In this document: positions 1-16,246 of the stretch, piece after piece
How the letters are laid out: every line of letters starts with the position of its first letter
Position numbering within the stretch: the first letter of the stretch is position 1
Source: Eledone cirrhosa
Taxonomy: Eukaryota
Direction: 5' to 3'
Length of the DNA: 64,000 nt
NCBI GenBank assembly: GCA_964016885.1
Contig: OZ024743.1
Location: forward strand, 34,534,001-34,598,000
The notes under the pieces: generated by a model
Seen by the model: only the letters and a program-made list of their open reading frames with translations
Told to the model about the DNA's origin: nothing
Database searches by the model: none
Made by a program: the position numbers and the translations under genes

Positions 1-1010
1 TTGTTCATGCACCGATAAGATATCAGAAAAACATTTTGGTCCTAGTGTTTAGTAACCACACTAACACTATACATAGTATTACAGAGGCAAAAACCTTTTC
101 TAGACCATGACATGGTTCTCCGTAACCTGAGATTCCACCAGCCGAAAGCTAAACCCAATAACATCTCTCCAGCCCACCCATTTGGTAACATGGATAATGC
201 AAACTGGGATGTAATCACAATCTATCACATGTTGACTGGTCTTTCACACAAAAATGTATGAAGACCATCATCAATGACCAAAGAACAGCTGAGGTTGAAT
301 GGACCATTGAGACAATCAAACGCAATCCCAATTTCTTCTTTTCATTTGCGAAAAAAACACACGGTTACTGTCTCCACTGTTGGCCCTCTTATTGATGAAA
401 ATGGCACTCAGCAAGACAATGCTAAAGCAGAAACAATACTGCTCTGTTTTCATAATCCTGACATGCCTGATTTGGCCTGTATCAGTGATGGTAATCTCCA
501 ACACACTATATCTGACATAACGTTTGACGCCCCTAATGTCTTAGCAGCAATAAACGAAATTAAATACAACTCAGCAGTAGGCCCCGATAGGTTCCCTGCT
601 AGTGCCCTGAAGGTGTGTCGACACCAACTTGCACCTCCTCTAGTTAATCTGCTATATCCCTGAAAATGTTCTGTTTCAGTCTGTCATCCCAGTGTTCAAA
701 AAGGAAAACACGTCCCTTGCAGTTAATTACCGTCCGATCTCACTCACCTCTCATATCATTAAGTCAGTTGAGAGGGTGGTGAGATCATAAATAACTCACT
801 TCCTTGAAAGTAACAACCTGCTGAACACCAACCAACATGGGTTCCATAATGGTAGCGACTACCTAACGCAGCTCCTGCATCACTTTGATGGCATTTTAAA
901 GGCTTTGGGAGAGGGTTCCTACAATGATGTCATATACCTTGATTTCAGCAAAGCCTTTGACAGGGTTGCTCGCAATATACTGTTGAAACAACTATCCAAT
1001 ATTGGTAGAT
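1..1010 (+). pseudogene. Decayed CR1/L2-group LINE ORF2 fragment (pre-RT region and N-terminal RT motifs)
   Basis: ORF 274-663 (..SAVGPDRFPASALKVCRHQLAPPL..) continues after a frameshift as VIPVFKKENTSLAVNYRPISLTSHIIKSVERVV..NQHGF..DVIYLDFSKAFDRV, classic LINE RT motifs; stops and frameshifts present; truncated at ~1010. Confidence 0.88.
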
Positions 1011-1145
1011 ATATATGGACGGGTACTTTATCGACCCTAAAGGATGAGAGGTAAACCTAACTTCGGTGTAGAGAGGCGATATTTTAACATATCTATTAAT
1101 TCTCTGTCTATAATTACATGAAATGTAGTTCTTTTAATTAGATAA

Positions 1146-1248
1146 ATAATTTTCTACTTTTGGCACAAGGCCAGCAATTATCCCAGTGTATTACTGGTAC
1201 TTTATTTTATCGACCCCGTCAGGATGAAAGGCAAAGTTAACCTCGGCA
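1146..1248 (-). mobile_element. tRNA-derived SINE family A, 3' half
   Basis: Reverse complement of the core gccgaggttaactttgcctttcatcc..ggggtcgataaaataaagtaccag and tail gctggccttgtgccaaaagtagaaa. Confidence 0.8.
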
Positions 1249-1562
1249 TGAAATATAAGTTAACACTCATAATATATTATAACGAAAATGATATTCAATC
1301 TTAACCGACTCAATTTAACAGTTACTTCATGTCGGAGTATGATGAAAAACAATACTCATACAACATCATACTTAACATGGTCGTAGTATGTTATAAAGTA
1401 TGTTGTTATAAATCTATTAATAATAAATCTATTAATACCTACTTTATTATGAATGATTAATACTTACAATAATTCCATAATTTGCTATATCCACAAGTCA
1501 ATTAATTATAGTATTTAGTGTTTAAAAAGTAGTTAATTAAATATATTTTCTGGAAAAAAAAA

Positions 1563-1920
1563 CGCATTCGCAGTATTGGTAGAGCGTCAGAGACCATGCT
1601 TTGCAGCATAGAGTTATGGCCATTTACGGTCTGAGTTCAAATCCCACCGAGGTTAACTTTGCCTTTGATCCTTACGGGTTCGATATAATAAAATACCAGT
1701 TATGCACTGGAGTAATTACTGGCCTTGTGCCAAAAGTAGAAACAATTATTTAGTAGGACACCATGCTTTGCAGCATAGAGTTATGGCCATTTACGGTCTG
1801 AGTTCAAATCCCACCGAGGTTAACTTTGCCTTTCATCCTTATGGGGTGGATATAATAAAGTACCAGTTATGCACTGGGGTAATTACTGGCCTTGTGCCAA
1901 AAGTAGAAACAATTATTTAT
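1563..1920 (+). mobile_element. Tandem dimer of tRNA-derived SINE family A
   Basis: Two near-identical copies (1563-1750, 1757-1920) with B-box gagttcaaatcc, the shared core and tail ..gtgccaaaagtagaaacaatt. Confidence 0.88.
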
Positions 1921-2100
1921 TATCTTGTGTGCTTCGAAGGAGCATTAGAAGCGCAGGACGGAAGTGTCAACAACCGGTCCTATTGAAGCTGTACACAGGT
2001 CAACGAAACCGCCCCCGGATGCTGTCGCCCAGTGTCCGCGCATTCTGTGCATTACAGGATTGTGTGCTTGCATCGAAGAACTACTGTTACGTGTAGTATA

Positions 2101-2175
2101 ATCTTCTTCTTCTTCTTCTTCTTCTTCTTCTTCTTCTTCTTCTTCTTCTTCTACACACACAAACACACACGCGCG

Positions 2176-2225
<50 letters not shown>
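2101..2225. repeat. Compound microsatellite (TTC)n-(CA)n-(TA)n
   Basis: Direct reading. Confidence 0.95.
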
Positions 2226-2859
2226 TTCACCCATTAACATACATACACAAACACATATATCTGTGTGCGTGTATATATATATATAAATAACTCTTCTTGT
2301 TTTGTTTAACCTATCTGTCCTTGCTCTATCAACAGTGTCCCTTCAACATAAAGCACGTGCGCACATACACACAGATAGCACACATATACAATTCACATGA
2401 GCACAACACCACACTCACTATACATAGATACATAGCCACAGTGACGCGGTCATTAACTCGGTAACACGAGGCCATAAGCCATCTAACAATGTCTGCCACC
2501 AGGTGTAGGACTGAGAAAAACAGTCGTACATCATGTTGGTGTTACATAATCAATCGTCTGTCAAATGTTGAATAGTTAAGTCCTCCCCTCTACTACCATT
2601 ACAGATATACAATCATCACCACCACTATCAACAACACCCCTAACACCACCACCACCACCACCACTACCATCACCACCGATTGTTGATAGTATATAAAATT
2701 TCACTTTATACATAACGTTGTCTGTGTGAAAATCTACGATAGGCGAAACGGGAGAAACTAGCAATGTATGGGAGCAGCAAGGAGACTAAAGTAAGTCAAA
2801 GTGGCAAATAGTTAGATCTATCTACATTAGTATAAACTTGAGGTGTGGAGAAAAATGAA

Positions 2860-3180
2860 GATGATACTGACTACCAGGGCGTTGTGCATCACGAATATAT
2901 ATACAGTATAAATGTATATCAGTTTAAAGGAGGATACTTTTAAAGTAAGATATACACAGTACACTCATTGGTTTATATATATAAGTGGAATGGCAACTTT
3001 GATTCCTAAAACAAGAAAAAAGCCAATGCATACAACGTCGGCGAAAGCAACTGCCAACTATGTGCAGCTGAAAATATCATGATTTGCTTTTTACTTGACC
3101 ACAGAAGAACCTCTCTAGTCATACCTCCATCCAAAGAAATACAAACTACTAGCTTTCAAACATATTCCTGTGCCACTAAA
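2860..3180 (+). pseudogene. Highly decayed Penelope-like GIY-YIG endonuclease C-terminus
   Basis: Fragments EDTF/RYTQ and KANAYNVGESNCQLCAAENIMI resemble RATPYQNNRYECSLCSQE in the 13839-14438 ORF. Confidence 0.55.
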
Positions 3181-3354
3181 TGTCGAATTGCAAACTAACT
3201 GAACCTATATAAAATCGTTGTTTAAACCCCGCAAATAAATACTAGCGCTATGACCATTTTCATGAAGGGAGAACCCAAAATATTCTTTGGGCGAGCGAAA
3301 CAAAGATAAAATGTATTTTCTCGGCCTATTAAACGTATTAATATATAGGGTAGG

Positions 3355-3478
3355 GAATGAGTATGGCTGAGTGGTTAGAGAATTGGATTCATAATTTTGA
3401 GGTTGTGAGTTGGATTCCTGGACCGGACGATGCGTTATGTCCTTGAGCAAGACACTTTATTTCATGTTGCTCCTTCTA
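3355..3478 (+). mobile_element. tRNA-derived SINE family B, 5' part (V-domain-like motif)
   Basis: A-box tggctgagtgg, B-box-like gagttggattcc, then tgtccttgagcaagacacttta; related to the 59325-59632 copy. Confidence 0.7.
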
Positions 3479-3579
3479 CCTGGAGTTGCGACCGATAGAT
3501 AGTACTAGCAACTGGAAAGACCGACGAAAACATTGTTTCCTCGGTCCGATTTGACGGAAGTCGATCGATCCTTTTATAT

Positions 3580-3750
3580 ATAGGGTACTCTTCTAAAACT
3601 AACGTCTTTTACTTTTAGCACAGATGAAAAGTTTAAACAAATAAACTCTGCTTTCACTCTTATAAGGTATCTTCTGAGTGATAGGGAAATGAAAAACGAA
3701 AATAACATGAAGAGAAAAAGACAAAAATAAACTGAGAAATAAAAAAAAAG
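3580..3750 (-). mobile_element. 3' end fragment related to the Penelope-like element at 13034-15090
   Basis: Minus strand cagaagataccttataagagtgaaagcagagtttatttgtttaaac aligns with cagaagatcccgttaagggtgaaagcagcgattctttgcttaaac at 14935. Confidence 0.6.
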
Positions 3751-3837
3751 GTATGTATACATGTGTATGTACATGCATACATACATATATATGTGTGTGT
3801 ATGTGTGTGTGTATCTGTGTATGTATATGTATATATG

Positions 3838-3870
<33 letters not shown>

Positions 3871-4402
3871 GTATATACATATATATCTATACATATATAT
3901 ATATCTATATATATATATATACATATATATGTATGTGTGTGTGTGTGTGTGTGTGCTTGTCTCTCTCTATATATATATATGTATATATATATTGGAAAAT
4001 GTGTGAAATTCTTGGTACAGTTAATTATATTTAAAAAAAAGTATAAGAATGTCTTCACTTGTAGTTCTAAACCGTGGCTAACGGTCAATAGGAGTACACC
4101 GGTAGTAAGTGCATTGCTAGAAGAAGCAGTTAATTACAGCCTAGGTTTTACTCAACCGTATGGGAATTAGAACAAAATCAGAGGAAACATATATATATTT
4201 AAACATAAGCATATATAGATACATATATGAGTGTAGCCCACCTTCAACAATGTGGCTCAATGAACATATATATAATATATATATGTATATATATTATATA
4301 TATGTATATATATTAGTGTGTGTTTATGTGCACATATCTCTGAACATCTATATTATGTACGTGTATGTTTAACTATGGCTACCTGTGTATGTATGTAAGT
4401 AC

Positions 4403-4436
<34 letters not shown>

Positions 4437-5454
4437 ATGTGTGTGTGTCTTTGTGTATGTCTGTGTTTGTGTGTGTGTGTATGTTTGTATGTACGTATGT
4501 GCGTATGCATGTAGGTATATACATACATATATATGTGTACGCATATCGGTATCTATGTACATAAATTAATCTGTCACTCCTCACCATCTGACACCAACGT
4601 TGTCTTTCCGGAGTCCTGAGTAGGCTAGCTTCCGGGCTCAGCTGGGCTTAAATGCATTGTTTTTTATGGCCAAATACTCACTGTTAGTCAAGTAGCAAAG
4701 TGTAACTTTCTACCGGATCGCTTTATGAGACGGAAGGTGGATGGAAGAAACTGCAGGATGTGTTACACAGAAACGATAGTATTGTAAACACATCTGACGC
4801 AGAAGCTAATAGACCCTGAACATTTTGATCTTGATCATAGTGATTTAAAATGACAGACCTCACATCCTTTCGCATTGTTACACTCGTGTGTCCGTCGGTG
4901 TGTGTGTGTGTGTGTATGTGTGTGTGTGTATGCATCTGTGTATGTGTGTGCGTGTGTGTGTAAGCCAGTGTATGTGTGTGTATGCATGTTAAATAGAACT
5001 CGACACACAATAGGTTTATGTTTTCGTCCACATAACTTTATTACTAAGATGATTGTTTCATTCAATCACATCATTGGTCGACAATAACACTTGACTTTAT
5101 GGTTGTTATTCCTCTACATTTACATCCTTGATGAAGTGCATCTCTACACAGTGTTATAATTCATCAATGAGGTTATTGATGATGATGCTTCTGTGTATAT
5201 AGAGCCATTTTATTTTTGTTCTTTAGTTTGCTTGAGGAGGAGGGTGATTTTGGACATCTGTCATGAGGAAAAGCAAAACCTGACAAAGGGCGGAGAAACT
5301 CTTGTGAATCAACGGTTTCCAATAGTGTATAAATATGTATATATTGTGTGGATATGTAAATATGTATTTGTTAATGTAAGAAGGTGCAGAACTGTAGTAA
5401 ATTTCCCTGATTGGCACTGGATGGTATTTTGTGTCACCGTGTGTCCCAGTGTCT

Positions 5455-5640
5455 GGTCAATATACCAGGGAACAGATGATGCGCCATATATCCTCATTCA
5501 AGCTGAGCCTTCTAGCTTCTCTCAGTTCAAAGACCGATCTGCGTGGTGAAAGCCACATCCTACACGAAGTGCCCCTGATATGGCTACATTAGGACAGTCT
5601 AGCAGAACTGGATCTAAAGGAGTAAGCCTCGATAAAAATC
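5455..5640 (-). pseudogene. RTE-like LINE C-terminal remnant
   Basis: Minus-strand translation RGTSCRMWLS..ELREARRLSLNEDIWRII resembles the RGRP..W..EA..LA.DR..WR C-terminus of RTE ORFs. Confidence 0.4.
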
Positions 5641-6376
5641 CTGCTTGTCTCATAGTAAGCAATAGCTTATGCAACAATCATTAGTTTAATTAGATGATCT
5701 CAGTATGGTGACCACCAGTGGCTACAGATGTTCGACAATGGGTTGGTACAACTGCTCCAGTAAGCGGAGAAATCTATGAGTATGCAGGTGTGGCGAGTCA
5801 CATATATTCTAGTCATTAGAAAAAGAAAAATGAATGTTTCACCTTCGATGGAGGAATGACTCAAGAAGAAGAAGATGTGCCCAGGTCTATTGACAGAGAG
5901 TGTGTACTTAGATTGGTAATGTGCTGTTTTTGTTGGTGTTTTTTATCATAAATAACTCTACGTTTTTCGATATACTGAGAACAAAATATTACCTTTTCAG
6001 TTTCCTCTAACTGGTGCCATTTTGCTTACTCTTTTGATGAAATTTCTTCGGACAGATAAATAAACATAAATTATTCGAATTAAAACAAAGTACCCAAGCG
6101 TTAGACTGCTACAAAGACCCCTGGGTTAAAAACTAATCAAGTCTTGTTATTGATTTGTTTTGAACTAAGCAATAGTATGAAGTGCTCGTACAAGTTTCGT
6201 TTTGCAAATATGTATCCCTTGATATATTACGACCGTATGGTTTAAATACACAACTAGTCTCCGCTATCCAAATGGCTAAAGGTAAGCAGAGGTGCAACCA
6301 GAGGTCATGATTGGGATGCGACTCGGTCCCCTTAGCGTGTAAGAAGGTTAGGGCCAAAACACTTGCTTGAGGGGGC

Positions 6377-6622
6377 GTTTCTTCTCTGAAAACCTTCTGC
6401 TGTCCAGATCTCCTGAGAGTTTCTTCTCTGAAAACCTTCTGCTGTCCAGCTCTCTTGAGAGTTTCTTCCCTGAAAACCTTCTGCTGTCCAGCTCTCCTGA
6501 GAGTTTCTTCTCTGAAGACCTTCTGTTGTCCAGCCCTCCTGAGAGTTTCTTATCTGAAGACCTTCTGCTGTCCAGCTCTCTTGAGAGTTTCTTCTCTGAA
6601 GACCTTCTGATGTCCAGCTCTC
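6377..6622. repeat. 42-bp minisatellite, ~6 copies
   Basis: Unit gtttcttctctgaaaaccttctgctgtccagctctcctgaga; reads ELDSRRSSEKKLSR (14 aa) on the minus strand. Confidence 0.95.
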
Positions 6623-7879
6623 CGGCGATTGCGACGATGATTAAACTGGCAATGTGCATTATTGCTGTATATGGTTACAAAATAAATTGGAGAAAAAAAG
6701 TGTAATATTAGAAATTAAATTAGAAATGTTATGGAGATTTGACGATGGACGGCAAGCATCGCCGATGATGGTGTGTAATTATAAAAAATAACGAATAGAA
6801 GAAAATAACCGCAATAAAAATCAAATATGGAAAGAAAAAAAAAAAGCTAATTTTCCAAAATAGTAGCATAATGGCAAGATTTCAAATGATGAACTCTGAC
6901 TTGTCTGAAACATATATTCCATTAATTAACAGCTCTGTTGAAAAGCAACAGCATTGATATCCAACAATAACCAGCTGCACCTGATTGTCTACCTTGACCT
7001 GTCTCTGCTTTATTTTATCCTCACCACCTGGCATGGTGATACACACGGGAAACTAATTTCTCTGTCCATTGTTTACAAAATAGGCGCGAAGCCATGGTTT
7101 TTGTTTGTTTTTTTTTATGGGGGAGGGTAGCTTATTGTTTTTATTTTATTTTTTTTTTTTGTTCTTTTTTTCATCATTGTGTCTCTTTTAACTGATTGTT
7201 TGCGTTCTCAACATATTCACAATCTGGCCAAAAAAACATTAAAACATTATTACCAGTCTGCGTATCTGAGGTCTCATTCCACGGCCCACAAGGAAATCAA
7301 TTCTCCCAGAGGGATGGTATTCTATATGATTAACTTAGAAGACGAAGTTGTTCGTAAATATAATCCCATTATTTTTAGCAGGTATGTTATTCACATATCT
7401 ATTGTAACAGGTACAGATGAACATCTTAACTCAGCATTGCTCTATTATAACAATACAACATCAACGTATTCTGATATGTAAAGGTAAAAAAAGGCAACAC
7501 ACATATAGCATCTCGGGATTCACAAAATGAAAACAAATGCCTATGCATGCTCGCATGTTGTGAATGCCTCCATAGATGTAAAATATATATATATAACCAA
7601 TCCTCTCTTAAACGAGCTTTGAAATTTTCGTCCACTATAGATAAATGAATCTTGTAAAACAAACATTAGTTAATAACGGATGCCACTGAATAATACATGA
7701 GCAATTTTACCCACGTCAGTAGGTCCTCTCAGCTGAAATGCTTGTAAGACTTAGCAATCAAATGCAGCCAACAGAAAAAGCTTGGTGCTTTTGATTCCAT
7801 ATGTCCTAGGAAAATACTTAGTGTCAAATGGAACGACTTTATTACAAATAAATTAGCAATCGGTATCGTCTATTTTGTT

Positions 7880-8140
7880 GGACCAACGACGACTAGTGTT
7901 CCAGTTGATTCGATAAAGGGAACAACAGCCTGTTCGTAAAACTGACGTGAATTCCCCAAACACGTAAACTCTTAACTTAATTTTCATGGTGATTCAGCGT
8001 GGCATAGCATCTGACAAGAATTATAGTTACAATCCCTTTTTGCCAGCTGAGTGGTCTGGAGCAATGCAAAACAAAGAGTTAAACGTACGACCTTACAATC
8101 ATATCCCGAACACCCTAACCACTAAACCACGTGCCGATAC
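7880..8140 (-). mobile_element. Decayed SINE family B copy
   Basis: Reverse complement similarity to the 59325-59632 copy (gttccagttgattcgat..; ccctaaccactaaaccacg head). Confidence 0.5.
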
Positions 8141-9125
8141 ACAAAATACATACATACATACATACATACATACATACATACATACATACATACATACATA
8201 CATACATACATGAAGATGGCTGCCCCCTTGTTATCAAGTATGGCCATTGCATGATATAACATTATTAATAATTATCAATTAATGCTATCATGCAATTCCG
8301 GTGCGTGACGATTTTTTTTTAAGTGAGGAAAGACTGTGCACTGAGCCAATGCCACTCTCTAAGCGACAGTAGCTATACATACATACATACATTAATGGAA
8401 CAGTAAAAATATGTAAAACATTCCAAAAATGATGCATCTAATAACTGCATATACACATGTACAGATACAAAGTGCACATACAACTCAATACATCCACATC
8501 CAAACATACAGTAACATCCATACCTGCACACACATGCATACATGCATACATGCATACATATCTACCTAGTTGATGTTGTGTAAATTCCAATGAGAGAATC
8601 TTGTAACTATGTTAGAAACCGACTGTCTCTCTATTGGCACAAATTTGTGAAATTATAAAACCAGAAGAACATACATACATACATATATACATATGTTTAT
8701 GTGTGTGTATGCATGAATGTATTTGCCTATATGTGTCTATGTATGTATATACAAGTGGGTAAATGTACAAAGAAAGAAAAGAGTACTCAACAAATAATGT
8801 ATAGTACCACTTTGTCTCGTTTAACAATTCATGACTTCTTGATAGGCATTTGCGTGGAAAATGATGTATGATTCGCAGTCCACTAGAAAGGAGGTTTTGT
8901 ATTGGTAACTGGTAAGCTGGAATCCCATTGTATGTGTCGGATCATCTGGTGGAATTCAAAATCAGTGACTGTGATGTATTAGAATCCCGTCTTGGTTAAT
9001 TTGATGTACATCAAGGTCAAATTTTGTCAATGATGGCAGAAGGAAATCATTTCTGAGACATTGTGGGAAACCACGGGCTAGTTTAGGTTGCACAGGTTCT
9101 CGGCCATTACGAATGAGCATTGTGG

Positions 9126-9221
<96 letters not shown>

Positions 9222-9264
9222 AAATGTATATATATATAAAATGTATATATATATAATGTATATA

Positions 9265-10396
<1,132 letters not shown>

Positions 10397-10552
10397 ATGT
10401 GTGTAATCCTTGGTACAGTTAGGTATATTAAGACAGGGGGGAAGAAGAAATGGCTTCACTTGTGCTTTCAACAAATTTATTTTCTTCACAAAATCCAAAA
10501 AGAATTTTTTTCCGGATTAGTAAAAAGAAATTTTTTCTAATCCGGAAAAAAA

Positions 10553-11359
<807 letters not shown>

Positions 11360-11556
11360 AACGTCGGAAAAGTTAAGACTCTTTTCCTACTATATTAAGC
11401 GTAAAACTAATATACTGTAAACGGAAAAAATGAAACAAAATTTTATTTCCCACTCTTAGTACGGCTGTTACTTAAATATAAGTATGTATACGTACATACA
11501 TACGTGTATACAGACGTACAGTAGTATGTATATATATATATATATATATATACATG

Positions 11557-11619
<63 letters not shown>

Positions 11620-11737
11620 GTATGGATTCACCGAACATTTACTATAATGCTCGGTGTGTTTGTAAACAAACATCCCGAATTAAGCCGTACAGCGTCTAGC
11701 AACCATCGTTGCTCATTTGTTCAACACTGACAAAGGA

Positions 11738-11780
11738 ACGCTGTACTAGTTTCAAGCTTATTAGCTATCGTCAGCAACGT
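11738..11780 (-). ncRNA. Minimal type-I hammerhead ribozyme
   Basis: Exact reverse complement of the 12316-12358 motif. Confidence 0.82.
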
Positions 11781-12005
11781 ATAGCTTCTTGCCAGATGGT
11801 TGAACGTCTGAAAGTATATACTTTCCTTATGCATATTAACGGCTGAGCAGCCTAATTTGCATATCGAGTGAGTTGATCGGCCGGGGTACCGAAAACGATA
11901 AACGGAAAAAATGAAACCAAATTTCATTTCTCACTCTTAGTACGGCTGTTACTTAAATATAAGTATGTATATGTACATACATACATGTATACAGACGTAC
12001 ACTTG

Positions 12006-12083
<78 letters not shown>

Positions 12084-12315
12084 CATGCACACATATATAT
12101 ATATGTACGTATGGATTCACCGAACATTTATTATAATGCTCGGTGTGTTTGTAAACAAACATTCCGAATTAAGCCGTACATCGTCTAGCAACCATCCGTT
12201 TATCGTTTTCGTACCCCGGCCGATTAACTCACTCGATATGCAAATTAGGCTGCTCAGCCGTTAATATGCATAAGGAAAGTATATACTTTCAGACGTTCAA
12301 CCATCAGGAAGGTAT

Positions 12316-12358
12316 ACGTTGCTGACGATAGCTAATAAGCTTGAAACTAGTACAGCGT
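12316..12358 (+). ncRNA. Minimal type-I hammerhead ribozyme
   Basis: acgttg-CTGACGA-t-agct-aata-agct-t-GAAA-CTAG-TA-cagcgt: 6-bp stem I, intact core, palindromic ACUAGU stem III, GUA site. Confidence 0.82.
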
Positions 12359-12506
12359 TCCTTTGTCAGTGTTGAACAAATGAGCAACGATGGTTGCTAG
12401 ACGCTGTACGGCTTAATTCGGGATGCTTGTTTACAAACACACTGTACTGTGTCGTTTGCTCTGTTATTTCTGTTTGCCTTCACTTTTGCATACACACACA
12501 CACACG

Positions 12507-12596
<90 letters not shown>

Positions 12597-12657
12597 TATA
12601 TGTTGGTTAAACGAAGCCAAATTTTAAATATTTAACTTAATTATTTTATATACATAT

Positions 12658-13018
12658 ATCGAACAGGACGTCACCGTGTGGTGCCAAAGGTCCCGTCTTC
12701 CACATCTAGAATAAGGAGCAGGTATTGCAATAGCCTGGGATTCAAGGGCCCTCAACTCTTCAACAAGCTGCGAGGGATCTGAGAGATTTGCATGGTGTGG
12801 AGGTGGATGTCTTCAAGAAACATCTCAACACCTTGCTATCCAGGATACCGGATGAGCCCACAGCAAGGCGTGAGGGAAACCTAAGGACACAAGCAACTCC
12901 CTCTTACACCAGTGGCCAACCAATACAAGCTGGAGATAAAATGTGTAGCAACAAGGGCGATGCCCCAGCATGGCCTCAGCTGGATGGCTGGAACAGGTAA
13001 AAGAGTAAAAGAGTAAAT
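12658..13018 (+). mobile_element. 3' end of a CR1/L2-group LINE
   Basis: YCNSLGFKGPQLFNKL..LHGVEVDVFKKHLNTLLSRIPDEP followed by a short UTR and tandem tail (gtaaaaga)x2. Confidence 0.75.
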
Positions 13019-13033
13019 ATATATATATATATA

Positions 13034-15086
13034 TTTGAAAACACCAGTAAAGTAGTTAATTTCCTTGATATAATTTCCTTGATATAACTTTAGACTTATC
13101 TACGGGTGTCTACCAACCTTACCATAAACCTAACCAAAACTTACATTACATACCCTCACAATCCAATCACCCTAGATCTATCCTTAAAAACCTAGCATAT
13201 AATATCTCACTCAGAATTTCTAACCTTTCATCTAACCAGGATGTATTCGATAAAAATGCGACCTTTTATAACGAAGCTTTAGCTAGAAGCGGCCACAAAA
13301 ACAAATTAGTCTATATACCTTGTACCAATAATACTTCAAACATACAACGCAATATTACCAACAAACACCAAATGAAAACACACACCTAAATGCCACTCAC
13401 ACTATACCCCAAAATACCAACTTAAAACTGAATTCTCTACCTCTTCTCACATACAATATAATAACTTTCAAAAAGCCATTCATCCTAATACTCCAATATA
13501 CGTTAATAACATTACTAACAAAATTCTTAATAATCAGACTAAAACACATAAATCAGTTAATCTAACTAAACCTATATATAATAAATTCACTAATACTAAC
13601 TCTTTTAGTAAACATCAGGATACATCGTATAAATATAAAAAACAACATCGAAACCGTAATAGACGTGTTACTTGGTATAATGCTCCATTTAATCTACAAA
13701 TTAAAGATAATATCCCTAAAAAATTGTTTACTATCCTAGAGAAAAACTTCCCGCCAAACCATAAATACCATCAAATTTTAAATCGATCAACGGTCAAATT
13801 TTCCTACTCCACTACCAAAAATATACAACAAAATATAAGTGCCTACAATGCATATAAATGTAAAAAAACACATGAATATACCACCAACACATCAAACTAA
13901 CCATAATACTAAAATAAACTGCAACAAACCACCATCTCCTTCACATATAATAAGTCGAGTAAATTCCACACCAAATTTGACTAACTCCCCTGATATAATA
14001 TTCACGAACGGTTGTAACTGTAGAAACAAAGGGAATTGCCCATTAAAAGGAAATTGTCTTATTAATAAGATAGTATATAGATGTAAGATTAGCACTAAGG
14101 ACTCAACTTATTCATATATAGGAGCTACTTCTAACCAATTTAAAGTAAGATTTAATACCCACAAACATAGTTTTAAAAATGCCGCATTAGCTAATACAAC
14201 ATCCTTGGCTGAAATAATTAATAATTATAGAAAAAAGAAAATCGATTATAACCTGACCTGGAGTGTGCTCAAAAGGGCCACCCCTTATCAAAATAACAGA
14301 TATGAGTGTAGTTTATGTTCCCAGGAACTTTTTGAAATAATGAAATCTAAGGATATCCTATTAAATAAGCGACAAGAATTAATTATATCGTGCAATCATA
14401 GAATTAGAAGAACTTTCAAATATTATAAACCTAATTAATATACACCTTACACTTATACTTTACAAATTATTATAATTAGTTTTTTTAATTTAGTTAACCT
14501 ATAATTAGTATTTCACTACTGAGAACTTCATAATTTTATTTCCCTTTTACAGCTCTCTTTTCCTAAAATTAATACCTATAAGTATACATATAAACTATTT
14601 TAATTTCCTGTTATGAATCTAAATTCCTTGTAGTCTATATAAGTTTGTTATTTCCCACTAATACATTTATCCCCCAAATTTTTTTTCCTTCGTTTTTAAC
14701 AACATTCTTTAATAACATCTAACTCTTATTCACATCTATATGAATAAATATAAATTTATCCCTATAAATTTATCAATTAAATTAATTTTTATTTCTTGTT
14801 ATAGATCTAAATTCCTTGTGTTTTAAATAAGATTGATATTTCTCACTAACACCTTTACCCTAAAATTTTATTCTCCTTCGATTTTAACATTAGCATTATT
14901 CTTTAATAACATCAAATTTTCGTGTACCTTTCACCAGAAGATCCCGTTAAGGGTGAAAGCAGCGATTCTTTGCTTAAACTTTAATCTGTTATTTAATAAA
15001 TATTTGCTCTACGGTTCTTATATATTTGATATATATTTATCCTTATCGAGCCCTCTTTGGATTTTAGTCTTCAATTTTATTATTAT

Positions 15087-15090
<4 letters not shown>
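13034..15090 (+). mobile_element. 5'-truncated Penelope-like retroelement (RT C-terminus, GIY-YIG endonuclease, 3' UTR) between (TA)n tracts
   Basis: NFLDITLDLSTGVYQPYHKPNQNLHYIPSQSNHP..RISNLSSN..FYNEAL (PLE RT end); WYNAPFN..ILNRSTVKFSYS; frameshifts and stops, including a 14-bp duplication at 13057-13084. Confidence 0.9.
13839..14438 (+). pseudogene. GIY-YIG endonuclease domain of Penelope-like element (Neptune-like)
   Basis: CNCR..CPLKGNCL..IVY..YIGAT..FKVRFNTHKHSF..W..CSLC..E..LNKR.E..C.H. Confidence 0.9.
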
Positions 15091-15140
<50 letters not shown>

Positions 15141-15171
15141 AGTGTAATTTTCAACACAAAACGAAGGTTAT

Positions 15172-16032
<861 letters not shown>

Positions 16033-16070
16033 ATATATACATATATACATATATGCATATATATATATAT

Positions 16071-16135
<65 letters not shown>

Positions 16136-16206
16136 GAGAGAGAGAGGGGGAGAAACAGACAGAAAGAAACAAACAAAGACAGAAAGAAGAAAGAAAGAAA
16201 GAAAAA

Positions 16207-16246
<40 letters not shown>

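Larger units (their letters stand above)
11418..12442 (-). mobile_element. Non-coding partial-tandem element (481-bp unit) with 5' inversion and hammerhead
   Basis: Direct repeat starting at 11418 and 11899; 12195-12442 is an inverted copy of 11654-11906. Confidence 0.85.

Noticed and set aside
12272-12312. Second hammerhead on the strand opposite the 12316 motif (CTGATGG..GAAAGTATATACTT)
   Set aside because: A9 is missing, stem II is poor, stem I cannot pair, and the 11790 copy lacks the core
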